Positions 44,384 through 53,598 of a stretch of DNA of 64,000 bases are shown piece by piece; positions within the stretch are counted from its first letter, which is position 1; each line of letters opens with the position of its first letter. The translations under genes were made by a program, and so were the position numbers. Under the pieces are notes generated by a model. The model was not told the DNA's origin, did no database searches, and saw nothing but the letters and a program-made list of their open reading frames with translations. This DNA comes from an uncultured Candidatus Saccharibacteria bacterium (GTDB taxonomy: Bacteria > Patescibacteriota > Minisyncoccia > Phycocordibacterales > UBA918). The stretch lies in assembly GCA_964643955.1 (NCBI GenBank), contig CAZXUO010000003.1:19865-83864 (forward strand), given 5' to 3'.

Positions 44384-45580
44384 ATGGTTATTTCTCGTTT
44401 CCTCAGTAATACAGCTGTCGTAGGGCTCTGTGCCCTTATCTTCTTCGGAGTACCGTATGCAGCATCTGCGGCAGGCGATCTTGAGGTTTCAGGATGGATT
44501 CCGTATTGGAGCGGTACTGACGGTATCCATGATGCAGAAAAGCGTCTCTCGGTACTTGATGAAATCCACCCATTCTCTTTTTCAGTAAAGAGCGATGGCA
44601 CACTACTCGATCTCCTCGGTCTTGATAAAAGTGCATGGAAGCGCCTCATTAGAAAAGCAGAAGCGAAAGATGTGCTTGTGACGCCGACGGTGATGACGAG
44701 CGATGGTGCGATGCTCCATGCGCTCTTGAGTGATCCTCTGCGTCGTACTGCGCACGTTGCTTCTATTGCGCGTATGGTTGAAGAGGGAGGATATGACGGC
44801 GTCAATATAGACTATGAAGCAAAGCGTTCGGAGACAAAAGATTTTTTCTCACTTTTCTTAAAAGAGCTTAAAGTCGCACTTGGTAATAAACGACTGAGCT
44901 GTGCGGTAGAAGCACGCACGCCACCCGACTCACTCTACCGTACGCCGCCAGCAGTCATCGAGTATGCAAACGATTATGCAGAGATAGGCGCACACTGTGA
45001 TCGTGTGCAGATTATGGCATACGACCAGCAGCGTGCTGATATAAAACTCAACGACGCGCGCCGCGGCGCACCGTACATGCCGGTGTCTGATACTGAGTGG
45101 GTGCGGAAAGTCGTTGCACTTGCAGTACAAAACATTCCGAAAGAAAAACTCGTGCTCGGCATCCCGACCTATGGATATGAATACGAGGTGACAGTGTCAC
45201 CTGATTGGTACCAAAACTACACGCGCGTACGCGCACTCAATCCGGGTGATGCAAAATCACTTGCACGAAAGAAAAAAGTCTCAGCAACGCGAAATGCTGC
45301 GGGTGAGATGAGCTTTACGTACGCAACTACCTTTACCGATAAGAGTGTGAAGTCATATAAAGTCCCGCGCGACACGACAAAAGGAAATACGGTTGCGGCG
45401 CAAGCACTTGCGTATGCAAACAAAACCGGAAAGACGACGTACTTCAATATCGTTTCGTGGAGCGATGCTGAGTCAATAGAGGCAAAAGTTGATCTCGCAG
45501 AAGAATTTGATCTCCGTGGCGTTGCCATCTTTAAGATTGATGGGGAAGAAGATGCGAAGTTGTGGAGCATTTTCCGCTAG
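44384..45580 (+). CDS. Secreted glycoside hydrolase family 18 (chitinase/peptidoglycan-hydrolase-like)
   Basis: Signal peptide, then GH18 catalytic 'GGYDGVNIDYE' (DxxDxDxE). Confidence 0.7.
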   Translation: MVISRFLSNTAVVGLCALIFFGVPYAASAAGDLEVSGWIPYWSGTDGIHDAEKRLSVLDEIHPFSFSVKSDGTLLDLLGLDKSAWKRLIRKAEAKDVLVTPTVMTSDGAMLHALLSDPLRRTAHVASIARMVEEGGYDGVNIDYEAKRSETKDFFSLFLKELKVALGNKRLSCAVEARTPPDSLYRTPPAVIEYANDYAEIGAHCDRVQIMAYDQQRADIKLNDARRGAPYMPVSDTEWVRKVVALAVQNIPKEKLVLGIPTYGYEYEVTVSPDWYQNYTRVRALNPGDAKSLARKKKVSATRNAAGEMSFTYATTFTDKSVKSYKVPRDTTKGNTVAAQALAYANKTGKTTYFNIVSWSDAESIEAKVDLAEEFDLRGVAIFKIDGEEDAKLWSIFR

Positions 45581-45610
45581 TTAGAGCAGTGCTCGTTGTA
45601 TACTTTGTGT

Positions 45611-46024
45611 ATGACACTCATACAATATGTGTACGTGTACCTCGTATCCGTACCCGTCTTTTTTGCGATCGACATGGTGTGGCTTGGGTTGGTTGCAAAG
45701 AATTTTTATCAGGGACGGCTTGGACATTTGCTTTCAGAAACAGTCAATTGGCCCGTTGCCATTAGCTTTTATCTTTTGTTCCTCGTCGGACTTTTGATTT
45801 TTGCTATTGCTCCGGCGCTTGCGGCAGGAGATAGTCAGCGCGCACTCATATATGGTGCGCTCTTTGGCTTCTTTACTTATGCAACATACGACCTCACCAA
45901 CTGGTCGACCCTCCGTGATTGGCCTGCATCGGTCGCTCTTGTCGATATGTTGTGGGGTACGGTGCTCTCTGCATCGGTCGCATACCTCACGTATCTTATT
46001 GCAAGTTCGCTCATCGTCCGCTAA
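45611..46024 (+). CDS. Small membrane protein (DUF2177-like)
   Basis: Four TM helices. Start at the ATG 6 nt after a TGTATACT −10. Confidence 0.4.
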   Translation: MTLIQYVYVYLVSVPVFFAIDMVWLGLVAKNFYQGRLGHLLSETVNWPVAISFYLLFLVGLLIFAIAPALAAGDSQRALIYGALFGFFTYATYDLTNWSTLRDWPASVALVDMLWGTVLSASVAYLTYLIASSLIVR

Positions 46025-46026
46025 GT

Positions 46027-46800
46027 ATGGATATACTTCTTTTTGGACTTGCTGCGCTCGGCATCTACATGAGCTTTCTCTTTGTGTGTGCGCTCATCGG
46101 TAAGAATAATGGTATTGCGGATGTGGGGTATGGAGTTGCGTTTATGGTGCTCGTGGCGACGGTCTGGTGGTGTGCGCCAAACGTAAGTGAGTATGCGCTC
46201 ATACTCGCGGCGCTGCCATTTATATGGGGTGTGCGATTGGCATTTCGCATTGGTCGAAAGAATTGGGGGAAACCTGAGGATTTTCGATATCGCGCATGGC
46301 GCGAGGCATGGGGACGTACTTTTGTCGTGCGGAGTTTTCTCCAGATTTACATGCTGCAAGGTCTCGTCGTGTTTGTCGTTGCGCTACCAGTGACGCTCGC
46401 ACTCGTGTTTCCAGCTCTGATCGTCAATCCACAGATCTTTTTTCTCGGCATCGGGCTGTGGATCGTTGGCTTTCTTTTTGAATCAGTTGCAGATCTCCAG
46501 CTTGATCGCTTCATTCGAAATCCTGAGAATAAGGGAAAGATCATGATGAGCGGTCTTTGGCGCTATTCTCGTCATCCAAATTATTTTGGAGAGAGCATGA
46601 TGTGGTGGGGAATTGCGATTGCTGCTTCAGGTATCTCGGCGCTCCCACTGCTCGGCTTTGTGAGTCCACTACTCATCACATACCTCCTCCTCTTTGTATC
46701 GGGCGTGCCACTCCTTGAAAAGCGTTGGGAAGGAAATCCTGAATGGGATGCATATAAAGCGCGTACGTCGGTGTTTATTCCACTACCGGTGAAAAAGTAG
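46027..46800 (+). CDS. DUF1295-family membrane protein (steroid-5α-reductase/ICMT-like fold)
   Basis: 'LWRYSRHPNYFGESMMWWGIAI' is the hallmark of the DUF1295/isoprenylcysteine-carboxyl-methyltransferase-like superfamily. Start overlaps the previous stop. Confidence 0.65.
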   Translation: MDILLFGLAALGIYMSFLFVCALIGKNNGIADVGYGVAFMVLVATVWWCAPNVSEYALILAALPFIWGVRLAFRIGRKNWGKPEDFRYRAWREAWGRTFVVRSFLQIYMLQGLVVFVVALPVTLALVFPALIVNPQIFFLGIGLWIVGFLFESVADLQLDRFIRNPENKGKIMMSGLWRYSRHPNYFGESMMWWGIAIAASGISALPLLGFVSPLLITYLLLFVSGVPLLEKRWEGNPEWDAYKARTSVFIPLPVKK

Positions 46801-46862
46801 GAAGCGTATAGCGGAGGTTTGGTATACTGGAGCGTGCTTTATTTACCTGTGTATTTTTCTGT

Positions 46863-47732
46863 ATGAATAAAATCATTGTTGCTGTGTTTCTACTCGTCAT
46901 CCTCGCGGTCGCTGCCGGCGGTATTGTCTTTTTTCTAAAATATAAAAAAGAAGAACCGGTCGTAGTCGAGACAATAGATACGCAGACAATACCGGAGACA
47001 GATATTCAGGCAGTCTTTTCGTGCGCGGAAGGCAAAATGATCATTGCTGATTTTTCTGATCGACAGGTGACGCTGACACTCAGTGATAAGCGCGCATATA
47101 CACTTCCGCAGACCATTTCAGCATCAGGCGCGCGCTATGCAGATGAAGGAGAGACCATCGTATTTTGGAATAAAGGAAATACAGCGTTTATTCAAGAAGA
47201 CGGCACTGAGACATTTAGAGATTGCGTCGCATCAGAAACACCTGCGGTAGGTACCGCATTGTACGGATCGGAGGCACATGGCATCTCATTTGCATACCCG
47301 ACTGCGTACTACCTTCGTGAGACTGAGGCGGGTACTCCGGAGCTGCCGCAAGGATCGATTGTACTTGTCGAAGATACACAAGAGAATCGTGATCTGATCG
47401 ACGGTGTATCTACCGAGCCGCGTGAGGGTCCGACCAGCATCACTATCGATGTGTATGAAAACCTTGATCAACTTTCTGCGATTTCATGGGCAGAGCGCGA
47501 TACAAATTGGACAATCTCAAGTCGCGCAACAACAACGATCTCGGTCGGTGGATTTGAAGGCATTTCAGTTCCATGGGATGGATTGTACGCAGGCAAGACT
47601 CTCGTAGTCGCAGCAGGCGATAAAGCGTATGTATTTTCAGTGACATGGATGACCGCAGAAGATCGTATCCTCGCTGATTTTGAAGCATTACTTGAAACGG
47701 TTGGATTCTCCGCGCCGGTGCCCGTCATGTAG
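46863..47732 (+). CDS. Membrane-anchored protein with MliC-like (lysozyme-inhibitor) domain plus a second domain
   Basis: 'FSCAEGKMIIADFSDRQVTLTLSDKRAYTLPQTISASGARYADEGETIVFWNKGNTAFIQ…CV' shows the MliC two-Cys/'SGARY' pattern. Confidence 0.5.
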   Translation: MNKIIVAVFLLVILAVAAGGIVFFLKYKKEEPVVVETIDTQTIPETDIQAVFSCAEGKMIIADFSDRQVTLTLSDKRAYTLPQTISASGARYADEGETIVFWNKGNTAFIQEDGTETFRDCVASETPAVGTALYGSEAHGISFAYPTAYYLRETEAGTPELPQGSIVLVEDTQENRDLIDGVSTEPREGPTSITIDVYENLDQLSAISWAERDTNWTISSRATTTISVGGFEGISVPWDGLYAGKTLVVAAGDKAYVFSVTWMTAEDRILADFEALLETVGFSAPVPVM

Positions 47733-47761
47733 TCTTCATGTATGCGTGCTATAGTGCGCAT

Positions 47762-48142
47762 ATGAAATCATTCTTCACAATATTTTTTGTGGTGCTCGGA
47801 GTCATCTTTTTGATGATCATTATTGCGACGACTCTATTTGTGATTCTTGATCCCTTCGGATTGCGTGCGGCATTTTTTAGCACAAACGAGTCCGGAACAT
47901 CTGCAGGTGTGACATCTGAGAATGGAGGTGTCGTTGAGGATAAAAATCCAGTATTGTCGCCGGCACAAGAACAAGCACTCGAGACCTTTGGTATAGATCC
48001 TGCGCGCGTGCCGTCAGAGATTACTCCGGAGCAAGAAGCATGTTTCGTTGCTCGTCTGGGTGAAGCGCGGGTAGCAGAAATCAAAGCAGGCGCGACGCCG
48101 ACCTCTGCAGAGTTTTTCAAGGCACGCGACTGCATTGAGTAG
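47762..48142 (+). CDS. Small membrane-anchored hypothetical protein
   Basis: ATG follows the TGCTATAGT-gcgcat motif; TM then soluble domain. Confidence 0.35.
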   Translation: MKSFFTIFFVVLGVIFLMIIIATTLFVILDPFGLRAAFFSTNESGTSAGVTSENGGVVEDKNPVLSPAQEQALETFGIDPARVPSEITPEQEACFVARLGEARVAEIKAGATPTSAEFFKARDCIE

Positions 48143-48324
48143 TAGAGAGGTGCTACGATAGAAGTATTATCGGATAATTTCATCACTATGGCAGAGCGAC
48201 AAATGTACCGAAAGGAGAAGAAAAAGCCAAAGAAAGATAAGAAGAAGTAATACATGCGCGCCCTCTGGGCGCGCATGTTTGTCCTCGACACGCGACTGTG
48301 CGCAGTGTATTGTCGAGTGATTCT

Positions 48325-49575
48325 ATGAAGAAACAACAGACACATCATTTTGATGTCATTGTGATCGGCGGCGGAGCCTCGGGCCTCATGGCTGCGGGGC
48401 GTGCTGCAGAACGCGGCCGCCGCGTACTCATCCTTGAGAAAAACGCGCAGGTGGGCGAGAAGCTCAAGATCACGGGCGGCGGCCGCTGCAACATCACGAA
48501 CGCCGAGATGGATACGCGAGCATTGCTTCCACACTACGGTGATGCGGAGCAGTTTCTATACTCTCCATTTTCACAATTTGGCGTGAAGGAGACATTCTCT
48601 TTTTTTGAGGAGCTCAAGCTTCCGATTGTTGTACAGAGCCGTAAGCGCGCATTCCCAGAAACCGAAAAGGCACCCGATGTTGTGCGTGCACTCGAGCGAT
48701 ACTTGCGAAAGGGCAAGGTGACCGTGCGGACAAATGCAAAAGTCACGCGCTTTGTGCGCAGTGATGCGCGTATTACGGGCGTTGTTGCTGACGGCGTTAC
48801 CTACACGGCCGAATCATACATTCTTGCGACCGGTGGGCTTTCGCATCCTGAGACGGGATCAACCGGTGATGGTTTTCGATACCTGGCGAAGCTCGGTCAC
48901 ACCGTCGTGAAGCCGACGCCGACGATTGTGCCGCTTGCAGTTGCCGATGCGTGGGTAAAGTCGCTCGCGGGTACCTCGATCTCGTTTATGAAGATCACGT
49001 TTCGTGGCGAAGATGGAAAGAAACTCGTAAAGAAAGGAAAGGTACTCTTTACTCACTTCGGACTTTCCGGTCCGTTGATCCTCAATGCGGCGGGTGCCGT
49101 CGGCGACATGCTCCACGCAGGTAGTGTGACTGCGTCGATTGATGTGTATCCTGATACCGACGAGGGCTCGCTCGAACGAAAAGTAATGGCGGCATTTGAT
49201 GCAAACAAAAACAAGATGTTTAAAAATGTTTTTAGTGAGATTGCTCCACGTGGTACGACCGATGCACTTCTCACCTTATTGCCAGCTATTGATCCAATGA
49301 CGGAGATCAACAGCATCACGAAAGAACAGCGTAAGGCTATTGTTTCGCTTCTTAAAAATCTTCCGATTACGGTGACGGGTCTTATGGGCTTTGATCGCGC
49401 GGTTGTTGCTGATGGTGGTATTCCACTTACTGAGGTCGATACGCGCACGATGCGTTCACAGAAATTTGAGAATCTTTTCCTCACCGGCGACCTCCTCCAT
49501 ATCACACGACCTTCAGGCGGTTACTCGCTCCAGCTCTGCTGGACGACCGGCTTCGTCGCAGGAAGTAACGCGTAG
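48325..49575 (+). CDS. HI0933/BaiN-like FAD-dependent oxidoreductase
   Basis: 'FDVIVIGGGASGLMAAGRAAERGRRVLILEKN' Rossmann, 'GGGRCNITN' and the C-terminal segments typical of the HI0933-like family. Confidence 0.75.
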   Translation: MKKQQTHHFDVIVIGGGASGLMAAGRAAERGRRVLILEKNAQVGEKLKITGGGRCNITNAEMDTRALLPHYGDAEQFLYSPFSQFGVKETFSFFEELKLPIVVQSRKRAFPETEKAPDVVRALERYLRKGKVTVRTNAKVTRFVRSDARITGVVADGVTYTAESYILATGGLSHPETGSTGDGFRYLAKLGHTVVKPTPTIVPLAVADAWVKSLAGTSISFMKITFRGEDGKKLVKKGKVLFTHFGLSGPLILNAAGAVGDMLHAGSVTASIDVYPDTDEGSLERKVMAAFDANKNKMFKNVFSEIAPRGTTDALLTLLPAIDPMTEINSITKEQRKAIVSLLKNLPITVTGLMGFDRAVVADGGIPLTEVDTRTMRSQKFENLFLTGDLLHITRPSGGYSLQLCWTTGFVAGSNA

Positions 49576-49576
49576 C

Positions 49577-49828
49577 ATGTCGTATTTTGTATATATCGTT
49601 GAGTGCAACGACGGGACGTATTACACGGGAAGTACGGATGATGTTGCCCGGAGGATAAAGGCACATAACGAGGGTAAGACGGGAGCAAAGTATACGAAGC
49701 CGCGCAGACCGGTGCGGCTCATATATAAGGAGGCGTGTAAAGACAAAGGTGCTGCGCTTTCACGCGAGGCTGCCATCAAGCGCCTCTCAAAAATGGGGAA
49801 ACGAGCGCTTATTAAGGCCGTAAATTGA
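49577..49828 (+). CDS. GIY-YIG nuclease-family small protein (UPF0213-like)
   Basis: '[37 protein letters not shown]' GIY-YIG core. Start placed 1 nt after the previous stop rather than at the tool's overlapping upstream ATG. Confidence 0.7.
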   Translation: [83 protein letters not shown]

Positions 49829-49860
49829 CGAGGCTTATTTTTTAGTGTAAAGTAATTGTT

Positions 49861-49887
49861 CGCGCGGAGGTTCGCGCGTTTTTATTT
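49861..49887 (+). terminator. Rho-independent terminator
   Basis: cgcgcg-gaggtt-cgcgcg followed by TTTTTATTTT. Confidence 0.6.
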
Positions 49888-49891
49888 TCAT

Positions 49892-51682
49892 ATGAACGGA
49901 CAAGAAATACGAAATATTGCCATTATTGCGCACGTGGACCACGGCAAAACCACGCTCACTGACGCTATCATGCGCCAGACCGGAGCCTCAAAAGAGGGTG
50001 TCTCAATGGACTCAAACTCGCTTGAACAAGAGCGCGGCATTACTATTTACGCAAAGAATGCGTCAATTTCATACAAGGGGACGAAGCTTAATATTGTCGA
50101 TACGCCCGGCCACGCAGACTTCGGTTCTGAGGTAGAGCGCGTACTCCGATCGATCGACTCGGTGCTGCTCGTCGTCGACGCACAGGAAGGTCCGATGCCA
50201 CAGACACGTTTCGTATTGAAGAAATCACTCGAGCTCGGACTCAAGCCGATTGTCGTCATCAACAAGATCGACAAGCCTGCTGCAGATCCTGATCGCGCAG
50301 AAGAGCAGGTACTTGAGCTTTTCCTTGAGCTTGGCGCTACTGACGAGCAAGCTGACTTTACGGTCGTGTACGCAATCGGTCGCGAGGGTATTGCGAAGCG
50401 TGCGCTTTCAGATGATTCGAAAGATCTTTCTCCACTCCTCGATACTATTCTTGAGAAAGTTCCTGCCGCTGCACCTTATAAAGAGGGAGATCCACTTCGT
50501 ATGCAGGTGTTCAATCTCGGGTACGACAATTTCATGGGTCGTCTTGCGATCGGCCGCATCTACGAAGGTTCGATTTCATTTGGTCAGCAAGTATTTGTAC
50601 GCAAAGAAGGTGAAGAGACGCGCAAAGGAAAAATCACGAAGCTCTTCAGCTTCGCTGGTCTCGAGCGTGTAGAGGCGCAGACTGCGTATGCGGGCGATAT
50701 CGTACTCGTAGCAGGTCTTCCCGACATTTTCATCGGCGAAACAATTACCGATGGTCCTGATGTACCAGCGCTCAAAGCGATTGCGGTGGATGAGCCGACG
50801 ATCGGTCTTGATTTCCTCGTCAACAATTCTCCATTTGCGGGTCGCGAAGGTAAGTTTGTGACGACACGCCAGATTAAGGATCGTCTCGAGAAAGAACTTG
50901 AGATCAACGTAGGTTTGCAGGTTGATTTTTCAAATCCTGACGCATTTCGTGTGTATGGTCGTGGAGAAATGCACATTGCGATTCTCCTTGAAAATATGCG
51001 CCGTGAAGGATATGAGCTTCAGGTTTCTCAGCCACAGGTAATTGAGCGCGAGATTGATGGCGCAAAGCACGAGCCGTTTGAGGAAGTGACCGTCGACGTG
51101 CCGAGTGAATACCAAGGTGTGGTGATCGAACGTTTGAGTCTTCGTGGTTTCCTTTTACAAAACGTGATCATGCACGGAAATCAGGTGCGCCTCATCCTCG
51201 AAGGACCAACGCGCGGACTTCTTGGATACCGCGGACAGTTTATTATTGATACGAAAGGCGAGGGTATTCTGTGCTCACGTGTGCTCGGCTTCCGTCCATA
51301 CGCAGGCGAAATCAAGAAACGCGCTGCAGGCTCTATGATTTCGATGGCTACCGGCAAGGCGCTCGGCTTCTCGCTCTGGAATCTCCAGGATCGCGGTACG
51401 CTCTACATTGCACCAGGTGTTGAGGTGTACGAAGGTATGGTTATTGGAAATACCTCAAAGGGTGAAGAGATGATCGTAAATCCTACCAAGGGCAAGCAGC
51501 TTTCAAACGTGCGCGCCTCTGGATCGGATGAAGCACTTGATCTCGTACCCGCACATCCTATTTCAATTGAAATTGGTCTTGAAGTGATGGCTGATGATGA
51601 GTATCTTGAAGTGACACCAAACTCAGTCCGCCTCCGCAAGCAGCATTTGAAGGAAAGCGAACGCGCGAAGAATCGCCGATAA
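49892..51682 (+). CDS. typA: Translational GTPase TypA/BipA
   Basis: 'IRNIAIIAHVDHGKTTL' G1, 'DTPGHADF' G3, 'NKIDK' G4, EF-G-like domains; 597 aa. Confidence 0.9.
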   Translation: MNGQEIRNIAIIAHVDHGKTTLTDAIMRQTGASKEGVSMDSNSLEQERGITIYAKNASISYKGTKLNIVDTPGHADFGSEVERVLRSIDSVLLVVDAQEGPMPQTRFVLKKSLELGLKPIVVINKIDKPAADPDRAEEQVLELFLELGATDEQADFTVVYAIGREGIAKRALSDDSKDLSPLLDTILEKVPAAAPYKEGDPLRMQVFNLGYDNFMGRLAIGRIYEGSISFGQQVFVRKEGEETRKGKITKLFSFAGLERVEAQTAYAGDIVLVAGLPDIFIGETITDGPDVPALKAIAVDEPTIGLDFLVNNSPFAGREGKFVTTRQIKDRLEKELEINVGLQVDFSNPDAFRVYGRGEMHIAILLENMRREGYELQVSQPQVIEREIDGAKHEPFEEVTVDVPSEYQGVVIERLSLRGFLLQNVIMHGNQVRLILEGPTRGLLGYRGQFIIDTKGEGILCSRVLGFRPYAGEIKKRAAGSMISMATGKALGFSLWNLQDRGTLYIAPGVEVYEGMVIGNTSKGEEMIVNPTKGKQLSNVRASGSDEALDLVPAHPISIEIGLEVMADDEYLEVTPNSVRLRKQHLKESERAKNRR

Positions 51683-51689
51683 ACGAAAA

Positions 51690-51720
51690 ATCCGCACTCA
51701 CCCCGAGTGCGGATTTTTTG
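51690..51720 (+). terminator. Rho-independent terminator
   Basis: aaaaatccgcactc-acccc-gagtgcggattttttg. Confidence 0.75.
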
Positions 51721-51742
51721 ATGCGCTATATACTATACGCAT

Positions 51743-52288
51743 ATGTTTCCAAATAAGATCGCCGTGGTGATCGCACTCGCACTTGTCGTAGTTGCTGGAC
51801 TCGTGGGCTATTCAATCGGTGTGCGGGTCGCACCAATGGAAGATACGAATGGATTAGAGCAGCCAGAAGCTGTTGCGTGTACGATGGAAGCAAAGATGTG
51901 TCCGGATGGATCGTACGTGGGTCGCATTGGGCCGAGCTGTGAGTTTGCTGCGTGCCCTTCGGTGGTTGCGCCGCTTGAGACTTCGATGATACTTGAAGCG
52001 AAATTGGGTGAGACGGTGTCAGCGTTTGGAGCCATCATTACTCCTGAAGTTCTCCTTGAAGATAGTCGATGTCCGACTGATGTGGTGTGTATACAAGCAG
52101 GAACCGTCCGCGTCCGCGCCGCACTCATGAGTGGTATGGGAAATGCGGTACAGGAATTTACGCTCGGCGAGACCTATACAACTGAAGCTGAAATGATCAC
52201 GCTTACTGAAGTCTCACCTCTACCAATCTCAACAGAATCGATTTCCGACAGTGAATATCAGTTTACCTTCCAAGTAGAAAAGCGTTAG
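51743..52288 (+). CDS. Membrane-anchored/secreted hypothetical protein with paired Cys
   Basis: N-terminal TM; no motif. Confidence 0.4.
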   Translation: MFPNKIAVVIALALVVVAGLVGYSIGVRVAPMEDTNGLEQPEAVACTMEAKMCPDGSYVGRIGPSCEFAACPSVVAPLETSMILEAKLGETVSAFGAIITPEVLLEDSRCPTDVVCIQAGTVRVRAALMSGMGNAVQEFTLGETYTTEAEMITLTEVSPLPISTESISDSEYQFTFQVEKR

Positions 52289-53103
52289 TCGTGCGCGTGG
52301 TCGTGGTGCATATCCTCTGCATGCATCTCTTCGTCTCCATGTGCGTCTTCATGGCCAATGTAGGTGTTGATGCTAAACATAAGAAGTGCGCCTGCAACAA
52401 ACCAGACGAAGTGTCGAAGGTATTGCTCATTCCGAATCGTTGATCGGATTGAGTGGGGAACAAGGTCGTAGAGAACAACGACGAAGATCGCACCAGCTGA
52501 AAGGCCAAGGAGCGGCAGCTTAAACATTTCAAACGTATCGAGCAAAAAGAATCCACCGAGCGCACCAATGAGGATGGTCGATGAGACGAAGAAATTGATG
52601 AGGAGCGCTCGCGTGGTGCTGTAGCCTGCTTGGCGAAGCACAAAGAATTCAGACACTTCTTGCACGATCTCATGGACGAGTACGCTCGCGGTTGTTGCAA
52701 TACCAAAGGGAACGCTGACTGCAAATGCAGCAGCGAGCAAGATGCCGTCTCCGGCATTGTGAAGCGCATCGCTTAAGAGTACGCGCCGTGCATCGAGTGG
52801 TTCGTGCGTATGGCTTTCGTCATGAGTATCGTGGTGATGGTGAAATGCAGGAAGTATTTTGAAAATAGTGAAGACGAGAAGTGCGCCGAGTGCAATCCAG
52901 ACGAGTGCATCGAGTGGCTCGTCGGCGTGCGCGAAGGTCTCTTTTGTGAGGCCGTATCCGATGAGGAGGAAAACGCCGGCAGAAAAGCTTACGAGCACAC
53001 TCAAGTTTCGCTCAATGATGGTGCCGAGGTGTTTCCAAACTGAGACGACGCCAATAAGCGAAGCGAGCATGACGGTAAGCGCGGCGAGTGTTGTATAAAT
53101 CAT
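52285..53103 (-). CDS. zupT: ZIP-family divalent-metal (zinc) transporter, ZupT-like
   Basis: His-rich loop 'HHHHDTHDESHTHE' and conserved 'HNAGDGILLAAAF…HEIVQEVSEF' TM motifs. Confidence 0.8.
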   Translation of the reverse strand: MIYTTLAALTVMLASLIGVVSVWKHLGTIIERNLSVLVSFSAGVFLLIGYGLTKETFAHADEPLDALVWIALGALLVFTIFKILPAFHHHHDTHDESHTHEPLDARRVLLSDALHNAGDGILLAAAFAVSVPFGIATTASVLVHEIVQEVSEFFVLRQAGYSTTRALLINFFVSSTILIGALGGFFLLDTFEMFKLPLLGLSAGAIFVVVLYDLVPHSIRSTIRNEQYLRHFVWFVAGALLMFSINTYIGHEDAHGDEEMHAEDMHHDHAHD

Positions 53104-53115
53104 AATGGTTATTTT

Positions 53116-53136
53116 AAATGCAAATTATTTGCATTA
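53116..53136. promoter_or_regulatory. Zur/Fur-box-like 10-1-10 palindrome in the zupT–zur divergent promoter
   Basis: aaatgcaaat-t-atttgcatta (9/10 symmetric). Overlaps the TGATATACT −10 of the zur gene and lies 13 nt from the zupT start. Confidence 0.55.
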
Positions 53137-53151
53137 TGATATACTACTCCT

Positions 53152-53589
53152 ATGAAACGCACAAGTATAACGGAAGCCCGTGCGAGCGCTGAAATACTGC
53201 TCGCCGAACGTGGACTGAAGCGCACGAGCACCCGGGTGCACGTCCTTGCGGAGCTCATGCGCGCGCATGAGCCGCTTTCGATTGATGTGCTCACAAAGCG
53301 CGTTCCTGATGTACACATGGTGACGCTCTACCGGATGCTTGAGCGATTTGTCGAAGAAGGAATTGTCTATCAGACGGATTTTAGAAATGGAAAGGCGTGG
53401 TTTGAGTTTCAGCCACATCACCACCATCACATTACCTGCACGGGATGTGGTCGCACCGAAGATATCGATATCTGCATAAAAAAAGAAGAGGAAAATGCGC
53501 TCCGTGCATCGCGCCATTTCACGTCGGTCAAAAGCCACATCCTCGAATTCTTTGGTCGGTGCCGTACGTGCAAAACCTTATCAACTTGA
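53152..53589 (+). CDS. zur: Fur-family metalloregulator (likely Zur)
   Basis: Winged helix, 'HHHHITCTGCG…CRTCK' metal sites. Divergent from the ZIP transporter gene. Confidence 0.75.
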   Translation: MKRTSITEARASAEILLAERGLKRTSTRVHVLAELMRAHEPLSIDVLTKRVPDVHMVTLYRMLERFVEEGIVYQTDFRNGKAWFEFQPHHHHHITCTGCGRTEDIDICIKKEEENALRASRHFTSVKSHILEFFGRCRTCKTLST

Positions 53590-53598
53590 TAGGATGGG

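Noticed and set aside
44122-44805. 227-aa minus-strand ORF
   Set aside because: Antisense to the GH18 gene, which has a signal peptide and catalytic motif.
49391-49828. Long form of the GIY-YIG ORF starting at 49391
   Set aside because: Would overlap the 3' end of the flavoprotein gene by 185 nt in another frame. The conserved GIY-YIG domain begins at the ATG at 49577 right after the upstream stop.
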